DNA of 32,000 nucleotides from Cupriavidus necator (lineage in GTDB: Bacteria; Pseudomonadota; Gammaproteobacteria; Burkholderiales; Burkholderiaceae), in the NCBI RefSeq assembly GCF_016127575.1, contig NZ_CP066018.1, positions 570,001 through 602,000 on the forward strand, given 5' to 3'. This document shows positions 24,364 to 32,000 of this stretch, piece after piece. Within the stretch, counting starts at the first letter, position 1. Each line of letters opens with the position of its first letter. The notes under the pieces were generated by a model. That model was given only the letters and a program-made list of their open reading frames with translations. It did no database searches and was not told the DNA's origin. The position numbers and the translations under genes were made by a program.

Positions 24364-25497
24364 TTACAGATGCGAAACCGTCGCACGAGCCAGCCCGCGC
24401 TGCTCGAGGAAGCCGAGCAGGTAGCGGTGTCCGAAGGCCTTCGAGCCGGATGCGAAGCCGACCTTTGCGGTGTCGCCGTCGAGTAGTTTGATGACGCCTG
24501 CCGTCTGGATAGCCCCGGTGGCGATGTATGGCGTGGTCCCATGCACGGTCGCCCGCACCGAAGCGACCTGACCGCGGCCGATGGCGAAATCGACGGTGCG
24601 CTGCAGCGTAGTGCGTTCCCTTGGCGGCATGGCCGGCGTGGTCGAATCAACGATCTGCTTCAGCACCGCGTCCTGCTGCTCGCGGGGCAGGTGCTTGTAC
24701 TCTGCTTCCCACTTCTTGCCCAGCGCATGCACTGTCTGCATCGCGTTGTTGTCGTAAAAACCGACACTGGAGATGCAGCTGCGTACGCGCGGATCGTTTT
24801 CGAAGTAGACCGGCAGCGACGTACCGCCCCACGGCAGACAGAACACCGGTTGCATGAAGGCAGGATCGACCACATTGAACGACGCATCCGCCGCATATGG
24901 CACCAGCTTCTTCTCCCAGAGGTAGCAAGCCTCGTGGCGATAGCCTTCAAAGATCGTCGCGGTCGAACCCACGCTCACGCCGGCACCGCCGCTACGCGGG
25001 CCGCGCGCCAACGTCGCGGTTTCCAGGGCATCGACGCCGGGTGTCTCCAGCGCCAGCTCCGCGGCAATCTCGGCGAACGTGTACATGTAGGCATTGGACG
25101 GCGACAGCAGCAGCCCGGCCTGCCGGTACAGGTCGCCGAATTGATCGCGCGCCCGGCGGATGTGCGGCTGCTCGCCCGTGGTGTCGAGGTAATGGCATCC
25201 CGCCTTGAGCGCCGCTTCGACGCCAACGAGCCCGACCGTGGAGAATGGCCCGACGGTGTTGCATACCACCCTCGCGCCGCGGAATGCATTCACCAGGGCA
25301 TCGACGTCATGTTCCGCCTCGATGAGTTCATAGTTTGCCGATTCCAGGCGCACGACACGCTGTGCCATCATTTCCTTCGCCCGGCCTGCGTTGCGCGCCA
25401 CGGCCGTAAAAGGGATGCCCTGGTCGATCAGCCAGTCCATGATCAACATGCCGGTGTAGCCGCTTGCGCCATAGACGACGACGGGGTGCTTTGCCAT
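24364..25497 (-). CDS. Saccharopine-dehydrogenase-like NAD(P)-binding reductase family protein
   Basis: ATG 25497 follows an AAGGAGA SD by 6 nt. N-terminal Rossmann MAKHPVVVYGASGYTGMLIMDWL. The 377-aa length and layout fit the saccharopine dehydrogenase-like / trans-acting enoyl reductase-like family. The substrate is not inferable. Confidence 0.8.
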   Translation of the reverse strand: MAKHPVVVYGASGYTGMLIMDWLIDQGIPFTAVARNAGRAKEMMAQRVVRLESANYELIEAEHDVDALVNAFRGARVVCNTVGPFSTVGLVGVEAALKAGCHYLDTTGEQPHIRRARDQFGDLYRQAGLLLSPSNAYMYTFAEIAAELALETPGVDALETATLARGPRSGGAGVSVGSTATIFEGYRHEACYLWEKKLVPYAADASFNVVDPAFMQPVFCLPWGGTSLPVYFENDPRVRSCISSVGFYDNNAMQTVHALGKKWEAEYKHLPREQQDAVLKQIVDSTTPAMPPRERTTLQRTVDFAIGRGQVASVRATVHGTTPYIATGAIQTAGVIKLLDGDTAKVGFASGSKAFGHRYLLGFLEQRGLARATVSHL

Positions 25498-25589
25498 GGT
25501 TTGTCTCCTTGAGAATTGTGTCTGACAAGTGATTGGGTTGGAAGGAATGCCGCCCTATGAAGGGACGACTGGACAATACTTTTGGGTGC

Positions 25590-26570
25590 CTATCGCCTGT
25601 CCGGGCCGTCGTCCTGCAACGGACCCGCCATTGACATCAGCAGCGGCCGCGAACCGTTCGCTAGCACTGCAGTCAGGGACTCCTGCCCTGCGCGCTGCGT
25701 AACCGAGAACGTCTTGCCGCCGTCCTTGCTGTCGAGTACGGTCCCGGCCATGCCGACGACGACGATGCGGCCGTCAGCAAGCTCCGCGATCCCGGTCAGC
25801 GATTGGGTGGTATGCGAGTCCACGCGCTGCCATGTCTTACCGTCGTCGCTGCTGCGGTACAGGTGTCCTCGCATGCCGCAGACCAGAAGAGAGCCGTCGG
25901 GAAGTGAGTGCCCGTACCACAGCGAGCCGTTGTCGCCAGTGGTCGACGCCTGCCACGACTTGCCTCTGTCGGCGGAGCGGAAGATGGTGCCGCCTTCGCC
26001 AGCGATGAAGAGCGATCCGCGGCCGGATCCGAACATGTGCAGTAGGTGACGGTCCGCGTTTTCACCCGCCTCCACCTTGATCTCGGACCAGGTCCGGCCG
26101 GCATCGCGTGTTTCGATAGCCCAGCCGTACAGCCCTACGGCGATGCCATGCTCCGGACTGTCGAAGTAGAGCGAAAGGATCGGCTGCTCTGCGCCCCGCT
26201 CGGCACGCAAGAGCATCCACGTCTCGCCGCCATCCTGTGTGCCAAGCACAACGCCATCGTGCCCCGCCGCATAGCCGCGCCGCGCATCGATGAACTGAAC
26301 GGAAGTCAGCAGCGAGCGGACCGGCACCATCCTTGCTTGCCGGAACTTGATGCCGTCATCAGAAAGGAGGATGACGCCGTGGTCGCCGACGGCGACCACG
26401 CGGTTGCCGGCACGCGCAGACGCCAGCAGCGGTGCGGCGACCGCATTGGACACCTGCCGGGCCGGCTCCAGGGTCGGCCACGGAGCTGCGGCAGCGGTCT
26501 CCACCGCCCGCGACGGGCACACCACGCCCAAGGCGATCGCGACAACAGGTAAAAATCGGTGCAGGTTCAT
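25590..26570 (-). CDS. Exported BNR/Asp-box repeat beta-propeller protein (Ycf48/photosystem-II-assembly-factor-like)
   Basis: Signal peptide MNLHRFLPVVAIALGVVCPSRA. Five Asp-box-like repeats read directly: TQDGGETW, TRDAGRTW, SADRGKSW, SSDDGKTW, SKDGGKTF. 326 aa. Confidence 0.8.
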   Translation of the reverse strand: MNLHRFLPVVAIALGVVCPSRAVETAAAAPWPTLEPARQVSNAVAAPLLASARAGNRVVAVGDHGVILLSDDGIKFRQARMVPVRSLLTSVQFIDARRGYAAGHDGVVLGTQDGGETWMLLRAERGAEQPILSLYFDSPEHGIAVGLYGWAIETRDAGRTWSEIKVEAGENADRHLLHMFGSGRGSLFIAGEGGTIFRSADRGKSWQASTTGDNGSLWYGHSLPDGSLLVCGMRGHLYRSSDDGKTWQRVDSHTTQSLTGIAELADGRIVVVGMAGTVLDSKDGGKTFSVTQRAGQESLTAVLANGSRPLLMSMAGPLQDDGPDRR

Positions 26571-26594
26571 GGGAGATTGACGCCTACTTGCGTC

Positions 26595-28973
26595 TCAGTG
26601 CTTCAGGATTTCCGGCATGCGCACTGGGCCGCGCCGGGGAAAGAACTTCTCCAGCACCGCCGCGAACGCGGGCAGGAGGGTGATGGCCATGACCATGTTG
26701 ACGAGGAACATGAAGGTCAGCAGAGCTCCCATGTCGGCCTGGAATTTAAGGCTCGAGAACATCCAGGTCGCCACACCGACCGAGAGCGTAATGGCCGTGA
26801 ACACGGTCGCCAGCCCTGTCTCCTTCAGCGCGACCGCAAGCGCGTCGGTGAACGCAAGACCGTTTGCCAGTTGTACCTGCAGGCGGTTGTAGATGTAGAA
26901 GGCGTAGTCCACGCCGATGCCGACCGCGAGCACCATCACCGGCAGCGTCGCCACGGTCAGGCCGATCTCAAGCTCCTTCATGAACCAGTAGCCAATCCAC
27001 GTGGCCACGGTCAGCGGCAGGCAGCACGCAACCATCGCCCGCCAGTCCCGATACACAAGGAAGACCAGAATGAGGATGGCGGCGTAGACGTACAGCATCA
27101 TCGGCAACTCGCTGGCCTCCAGCACTTCATTCGTGGCTGCCTGGACGCCAGCATTGCCGCTTGCCAGCCTGACCGTGACGCCATCAAGCCGGTTGGACTC
27201 GCGGAACTGCTTGACCGCCGCCACCACGGTCTTGATCGTCGTGGCGCGGTGATCGGGCAGATAAAGGTTGACGCCTTGTACTCGGCAGTCGCTCGACGAA
27301 AGCCCGGCGATGCGGTTGTTCACGCCCTGGAACTGCGAGCCGAGCCCGCGGGGGTCCCGCGTCACGGTGGCCATCTTCGGACTGCCTTCGTTCATGCCGG
27401 CGTTGTAGAGTTTGAGCTGGGCGGCCAGCGAATCGGTGGACACCACGCCGGGTACGCTGCCCATGCGCCAGGCGAAGTCGTCGACGAACAGGAACTCGTC
27501 GGCGCGGGAGCAAACCTCGCCATGGCGATCGGGCGTGGCCTCGAACACCACGGTGAGCCAGTCCAGGCCGACGTCGAAGCGGCTGACGATCGCGGCGACG
27601 TCCAGGTTGTAGCGGGAATCCGCGCGCAATTCCGGCGCCCCGGCCTGGAGACTGCCCACGTGCCTGTCCTGGCTCTGCCAGAACGCAAGGCCGAAAACCA
27701 CTGCGCCGGCGACGGTCACGATCAGTGCGTTCCGCGGCTGGGCGATCCGGGCCACCGCCCCCAGCCATCCGCTATGACTCTCGCGCCGCGCCAGCGCCCG
27801 TTTCGCGAACTCAGGCGTGAACCGGAAGTACGACGCCGCCACCGGCAACATCATCAGGTTGGTGACGATCTTGTAGCCCACGCCGATGGCCGCGGTGATC
27901 GCCAGTTCTCGGATCATCGGGATCGGGATGAGAATAAGCGTGACGAAGCTCGCCAGCGCGGTGATCAGCGCCAGCGATCCGGGAATCAGCAGGCCGGTGA
28001 AGCTGCGCCGGGCGGCAATGGCGGAGTCGGTACCCTGGGCGACCTCGCGGACGATAAAGTTGATCTGCTGGATACCGTGTGAGACACCGATCGCGAACAC
28101 CAGGAACGGCACCAGGATGGCGAGCGGGTCAAGCCCATAGCCCAGCAGGTGCAGCGTGCCGAACTGCCAGACCAAGGACACGAGCGAGCAGCCGAGCGGC
28201 AGCAGGGTCAGGCGCACCGACCGGCAGTACCAGTAGACCGCCAGCCCGGTGAGCAGGAAGGCGATGCCGAAGAAGCGCGTCACGTCCGCTCCGCGGTCGG
28301 CAATGTCGCCGATCTGCTTGGCGAAGCCGATGATCTCGATCTCGACCTGGTCGTTCTCGAACGGGCGCCGGATCTTTTCCTCGAGCAGCCGGTTGAACTG
28401 GATATAGTCGAGCTTCTTGCCCGTGCGGGGATCGACGTCGGCCAGTTCGGCGGTGATCAGGGCGCTGGACTGGTCGCGTGCGACCAGGGTCCCGACATGG
28501 CCGCCGGCCATGGTGCGCTGACGCATCTTGCCGATGACATCGGCGGAGAGCTTTTCCGGCACGATATCCCCGCCTGCCACCGCCTCTGCCCGGAAGCCGT
28601 CCTCGGTGATCTCGGTGAAGAAGACATTCGGTGTCCACAGCGACGTCACGCTGGTGCGATCTACGCCCGGAAGATAGGTGACGGCCTCGGTCACCTTGAG
28701 GACCTGCGTAAGCGCCGCCGCATTCCAGACATCGCCCTTGCGGGCATGCACGGCAATGGTCAGCCGGTTGGCACCGAAGAGCTTGTCGCGGAACTGCTCG
28801 AAGGTCTTGATGTACTCGTGGCCTTGCGGCAACTGCTTCTCGAAGCCGGCTTCGAGGTGCAGCTTCGCGCCGAGCACGCCCATCAAGGCGGTGAATCCTG
28901 CCAGTGCGAGCAGGAAAGGAAGGCGGTGCCCGAACAGGGCCGCTTCCAGACGGGTTATCAAGCGTGAAAGCAT
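26595..28973 (-). CDS. RND-superfamily permease (MMPL/HpnN-like, about 790 aa)
   Basis: 792 aa with two repeated halves. Each half has a large periplasmic loop followed by a cluster of TM helices (e.g. ...FFGIAFLLTGLAVYWYCRS... and ...VYAAILILVFLVYRDWRAMV...). The ATG (28973-28971) overlaps the DUF1302 stop by 1 nt (TAATG). Confidence 0.9.
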   Translation of the reverse strand: MLSRLITRLEAALFGHRLPFLLALAGFTALMGVLGAKLHLEAGFEKQLPQGHEYIKTFEQFRDKLFGANRLTIAVHARKGDVWNAAALTQVLKVTEAVTYLPGVDRTSVTSLWTPNVFFTEITEDGFRAEAVAGGDIVPEKLSADVIGKMRQRTMAGGHVGTLVARDQSSALITAELADVDPRTGKKLDYIQFNRLLEEKIRRPFENDQVEIEIIGFAKQIGDIADRGADVTRFFGIAFLLTGLAVYWYCRSVRLTLLPLGCSLVSLVWQFGTLHLLGYGLDPLAILVPFLVFAIGVSHGIQQINFIVREVAQGTDSAIAARRSFTGLLIPGSLALITALASFVTLILIPIPMIRELAITAAIGVGYKIVTNLMMLPVAASYFRFTPEFAKRALARRESHSGWLGAVARIAQPRNALIVTVAGAVVFGLAFWQSQDRHVGSLQAGAPELRADSRYNLDVAAIVSRFDVGLDWLTVVFEATPDRHGEVCSRADEFLFVDDFAWRMGSVPGVVSTDSLAAQLKLYNAGMNEGSPKMATVTRDPRGLGSQFQGVNNRIAGLSSSDCRVQGVNLYLPDHRATTIKTVVAAVKQFRESNRLDGVTVRLASGNAGVQAATNEVLEASELPMMLYVYAAILILVFLVYRDWRAMVACCLPLTVATWIGYWFMKELEIGLTVATLPVMVLAVGIGVDYAFYIYNRLQVQLANGLAFTDALAVALKETGLATVFTAITLSVGVATWMFSSLKFQADMGALLTFMFLVNMVMAITLLPAFAAVLEKFFPRRGPVRMPEILKH

Positions 28974-30919
28974 TAGAAGGAGGTGGTCATGCTGAGGGAG
29001 ACAAAATCGCGGTCGCGCAGCAGGTTGCTGCCGCTACCGCCCCAGTTGTGCGTGTAGTCGAGGCGCATCTTTGTCTCCGGCTTCGTCTTGAAGTCGAGGG
29101 TCGCGCCGATCACTGCGGCGCCCGCGCCCCGGATGAAGCCAGGCAGCGCCGTGGCCGAATAGCCTCCGATGCCTTGCATGACGGCGATGTCCGGTGACAG
29201 CGATGCCCGCGTGCCGAAGATGTTGGGATAGGTCACCGAGGCTGCCAGCACCATCCCCGCCGACAACTTGGTGGGCAGCGTGTAGTCGGCGGTGACCGCA
29301 TACGGAATCCCGGCGTTGAGCCTGAGCTTCGGGTAATACGCCAGCGCACCTTCCGCGGTGATCGTGCCTTCGGACGCGCCCAACGCGCGCAGCAGCCAGC
29401 CAAACGAGCCCGAAGGCGACATGATGTGGATGCCGGTCAGGTGGAGCTGATAGTGCTGCGTGTCGATCGCCCCGCGGCAACTGCTTCCGACCGGCTTGAC
29501 CGCAAAATCGGCCAGGGCGTTGCAGTAGTAGGGGTTGGCCGGATCGATGACCGTGGTCGGATCGATGGCGACGCTGTCCCGCGGACGGTACGACAGCTCG
29601 GTGCCGATCGCCCATTCGCCAACCTGGAAGTTGTACGAGAGGCCGAACAGGTCGCGGTTCTTGCCGTAGTCGAGGGACGCCTGCCAGCCGAACGGGTTGC
29701 TCGTCGTGTTGACCACCTGGTAGCTCACGAACGGCACCTTCTCGCTGTAGTGGTAGTAATAGAGGCCGAGTTCGTTGCCGCTGTCGGGGAACTTGTAGCG
29801 CATCGCCATCCCACCTTGCCCGTTGTTGCTCGGATTGTTGTCCGGGCCGCGCGGGATGAAGGTGCCGGTTCCGACCAGGGGCCCGACCGGATTGGTATTG
29901 GGGTTCGCCAGCTCCCCGGTGCTCAGGCGGCGGTTGTAGGGCATCCCGGTCGCGGGATTGATGCCGACGATCCGGGTCCCCGTGTCGCCGATCGTGCCGG
30001 TGGGAAGCGGGGCCAGCCCCGACGCAGCCAGCGCGCCATTGACGGCTGAAGTCGGGATATAGAAGCCCCGTCCGCCCTTGCCGAGGAAGTCGCTGGTCGA
30101 AAAGAAGGTCCCGGGCGCGTCGAACTTGAAGCTGTTCCACTTCCACTGGTAGAAGGCCTCCAGGCCGAGGTCCTTGCCGAGTGAAGTGCTCGCAGAGACC
30201 ATGGGCGCGGGGATGAACAGATTTTTAAGCGGCGTTCCCGGCTGGTGCGCGGACGGCAGGTAGATCGCGTTGATCGCGTTGATACCGCCCGGGATGTAGA
30301 GGTTTTCACCCCAGTTCAGCACCTGGTTGCCGACCCGGACACGCGCCTGCTGGTCGCCGACGTCGAATTCCTTGGTGATGTAGGCGTCGAGCAGACGCGG
30401 GTCGCTGGTGGCGAAGTTTCGCGCATCCGAGTCGAGATCGGTTCGTCTGGTGTGGGCGGTCGCAAAGTCATAGTTGACGACGCCGCGCACCAGCCCGCTC
30501 CACCCGTTGGTGCCCTTGACATAGAGGTCGCTGGTCCACTGCGCATTGGCCGAAACCGGCTGCCAGCGCTTGTAGTTCAGGTTGCCGTCGTCCTGATTCA
30601 GGCGCAGCGTATCCAGGTTCGACGAGAAGACAGACGGGTTACTTTTCTGCAGCGGCGTAGGCGCGTCGCCGACACAGCCGCCGTTGTCGTTGCCGACAAA
30701 GCTGCAGTTCGTTTTCGACGTTCTCATCGCTGCACCAAACGAAACCGTCGAGTCGAAGGCTACCGCCCAGCCGTTGTCGAGCGTCCACTGTGCAGCGTAA
30801 GCCGAGCCGGCATCCGCCATCGCCAGCAGGCCTACGATTACCGAGCGGGCCAGCTTCCGTTCCATCCGCATCCCCGCGGCGGCTTGCGCCGCCGCTGCTG
30901 CAACATCACGCAGTTTCAT
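28973..30919 (-). CDS. DUF1302-family outer-membrane beta-barrel protein
   Basis: ATG 30919 follows a GGGGAGA SD by 5 nt. Signal peptide ending ...LLAMADAGSAYA/AQW. 648 aa, rich in Gly/Asn/Tyr with alternating beta-strand patterns. C-terminal ...FVSLSMTTSF with terminal Phe, the OMP signature. The family assignment is from sequence recollection, not a search. Confidence 0.8.
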   Translation of the reverse strand: MKLRDVAAAAAQAAAGMRMERKLARSVIVGLLAMADAGSAYAAQWTLDNGWAVAFDSTVSFGAAMRTSKTNCSFVGNDNGGCVGDAPTPLQKSNPSVFSSNLDTLRLNQDDGNLNYKRWQPVSANAQWTSDLYVKGTNGWSGLVRGVVNYDFATAHTRRTDLDSDARNFATSDPRLLDAYITKEFDVGDQQARVRVGNQVLNWGENLYIPGGINAINAIYLPSAHQPGTPLKNLFIPAPMVSASTSLGKDLGLEAFYQWKWNSFKFDAPGTFFSTSDFLGKGGRGFYIPTSAVNGALAASGLAPLPTGTIGDTGTRIVGINPATGMPYNRRLSTGELANPNTNPVGPLVGTGTFIPRGPDNNPSNNGQGGMAMRYKFPDSGNELGLYYYHYSEKVPFVSYQVVNTTSNPFGWQASLDYGKNRDLFGLSYNFQVGEWAIGTELSYRPRDSVAIDPTTVIDPANPYYCNALADFAVKPVGSSCRGAIDTQHYQLHLTGIHIMSPSGSFGWLLRALGASEGTITAEGALAYYPKLRLNAGIPYAVTADYTLPTKLSAGMVLAASVTYPNIFGTRASLSPDIAVMQGIGGYSATALPGFIRGAGAAVIGATLDFKTKPETKMRLDYTHNWGGSGSNLLRDRDFVSLSMTTSF

Positions 30920-30949
30920 GCCTGTCTCCCCGTGGTTCTCTTTTTTGGC

Positions 30950-32000
30950 TTATCGTGTGGTGAACCGGCGCAGGCCGTCCGGCTCGAAGGTCTTCTCCTT
31001 CAGGCGCCCTTCCCTCGCGGCGAGCCAGTCAGGCTCCTTGTGGCCGGCGACGACTCGGTCGAGCACGGCGCGGCGGGTCTGGTGGTCATAGCTGGTATTG
31101 GCCGCCCAGACGCAGGCCGGCACTTCCCAGGCCATGTAGGGACCCATCTCGGTGGTGCGCCAGACCTTGCCCTGCGCGTCGTACATGTCCTCCACCAGGA
31201 TCGTCCACGTGTCCTCGTCGATGTAGAACACGCGCTTGGGGAAGGTATGCCGCATGCCTTGCTTGAGCGTGGCCTCGACCACCCACATCCGGTGCAGCTC
31301 ATAGCGCGTCAGGTCGCGGCTGAGGAACTTCGGCTTGACGACTTCATCGACCTTGTTCGCCGAAGAGTTGACCCGGTACGTGTTGTAGGGCACGTACATC
31401 TCCTTCTTGCCGGCCAGCTTCCAGTCATAGCGGTCTAGTGGGCCGTTGAACTGCATGTACTGGTCGACGGTCAGCAGGTTCTCGGTGTTGAGCTGCGGGG
31501 CGTCGTACTGGTATGTCGGCGCGCGGCGCACGCGGCGCTGGCTCGCGAAGTACAGCCAGACGTCGTTGGCCTCGGAGAACTTGTACTGCGTCAGGGTGGC
31601 ATCCCCCGCGATCGAGGGCGGGCTGGTAAACGTGTTGAGGTACAGGCTCTCGATGCCGCGGGCGTCGTCGACGCCCTTGTTCGACGGCGACCACATCGGC
31701 GACATCTGCCATTCCTGCTGGCCAAGCGGCTCCCCAATGCTGTCGGTGCCCTTCGGCGGGATGTAGCCCGCATAGCTCATCTGGAATCCCTCTCCTTTCC
31801 AGTGCAGCTTGTGGTTCCACATGGCTTCGGCGCCGTTCTGCGGAATCGGGAACGGCACGGCGGCGCCGATCGCCTCGGCGAGGTCCTGGCCGTTGGCGCC
31901 AAGCTTCGCCGTCGTTGCGTTCTTCTTCGTCCGCTCGTAGAAGAAGTCGGGGAAACCGCAAGAACGGTGGGTCGGATAAACATCCATCCGATAACCCGGG
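30950..32000 (-). CDS. DUF1329-family periplasmic protein (LolA-like fold family), N-terminally truncated by the window edge
   Basis: Stop TAA at 30950-30952. The frame stays open from the first Met (31987) to the window edge (...PGYR-MDVYPTHRS...), and no signal peptide is present in the visible part. The gene therefore starts beyond 32000. The sequence style (YPTHRS..P.FFYE.TKKNA...DRYDWKL.GKKEMYVPYN) matches my recollection of DUF1329. Confidence 0.8.
   Translation of the reverse strand, partial: PGYRMDVYPTHRSCGFPDFFYERTKKNATTAKLGANGQDLAEAIGAAVPFPIPQNGAEAMWNHKLHWKGEGFQMSYAGYIPPKGTDSIGEPLGQQEWQMSPMWSPSNKGVDDARGIESLYLNTFTSPPSIAGDATLTQYKFSEANDVWLYFASQRRVRRAPTYQYDAPQLNTENLLTVDQYMQFNGPLDRYDWKLAGKKEMYVPYNTYRVNSSANKVDEVVKPKFLSRDLTRYELHRMWVVEATLKQGMRHTFPKRVFYIDEDTWTILVEDMYDAQGKVWRTTEMGPYMAWEVPACVWAANTSYDHQTRRAVLDRVVAGHKEPDWLAAREGRLKEKTFEPDGLRRFTTR

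Noticed and set aside
30263-30283. Tandem 9-nt repeat GATCGCGTT x2 (+GAT) inside the DUF1302 gene.
   Set aside because: It is in frame, encodes the INAINAI stretch of the protein, and has only two copies. It is not a structured repeat element.
1-32000. Searched by eye for defence systems, toxin-antitoxin pairs, integrases/transposases, terminal inverted repeats, tRNA genes, CRISPR-like spaced repeats and riboswitch-like leaders.
   Set aside because: Nothing was found. All sizeable ORFs with coherent protein sequence are metabolic, transport or regulatory. Intergenic regions are short except 6340-6757, 8989-9295 and 19016-19199, which contain only the small palindromes and hairpins reported.

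Overview
High-GC proteobacterial DNA (roughly mid-60s % GC by eye, not computed). The porin type and gene content look Burkholderiales-like (Cupriavidus/Ralstonia-like), which is inference only. I support 27 protein-coding genes. I saw no rRNA, tRNA, CRISPR array, transposase, integrase or recognisable defence genes, so this looks like an accessory catabolic region rather than a mobile island. Left arm (78-5672, + strand): a PhyH-type dioxygenase, a RidA-family deaminase, an MFS transporter, a DAO-family flavoprotein and a cytoplasmic flavin amine oxidase. A convergent TetR regulator, a divergent general porin and a hairpin between convergent gene ends follow. From 8062 to the right edge (about 24 kb) every supported gene is on the minus strand. 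In transcription order these are: DUF1329 (partial) - DUF1302 outer-membrane barrel - RND/MMPL-like permease - BNR/Ycf48-like propeller - saccharopine-dehydrogenase-like reductase | acyl-CoA ligase - SCP-x-type thiolase - a second DAO-family flavoprotein (paralog of the left-arm one) - TetR + clean rho-independent terminator | acyl-CoA dehydrogenase - small orphan ORF - Tat-exported MAO/putrescine-oxidase-like flavoprotein - dihaem cytochrome c - orphan 7-TM protein - APH-type kinase - SDR | pntAA-pntAB-pntB transhydrogenase | MBL-fold hydrolase. The most interesting items are three. (i) The Tat-exported flavin amine 'oxidase' sits 9 nt from a dihaem cytochrome c, suggesting a periplasmic amine:cytochrome c dehydrogenase. 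(ii) The poorly understood DUF1329/DUF1302/RND/BNR envelope module has no canonical adaptor or TolC. (iii) An Lva/ACAD10-11-like kinase + ACAD + SDR + ligase set is interleaved with them. Together these suggest, as a hypothesis only, a pathway for a lipophilic amine or amino-alcohol. Many long antisense ORFs in the track are high-GC shadows and were rejected.
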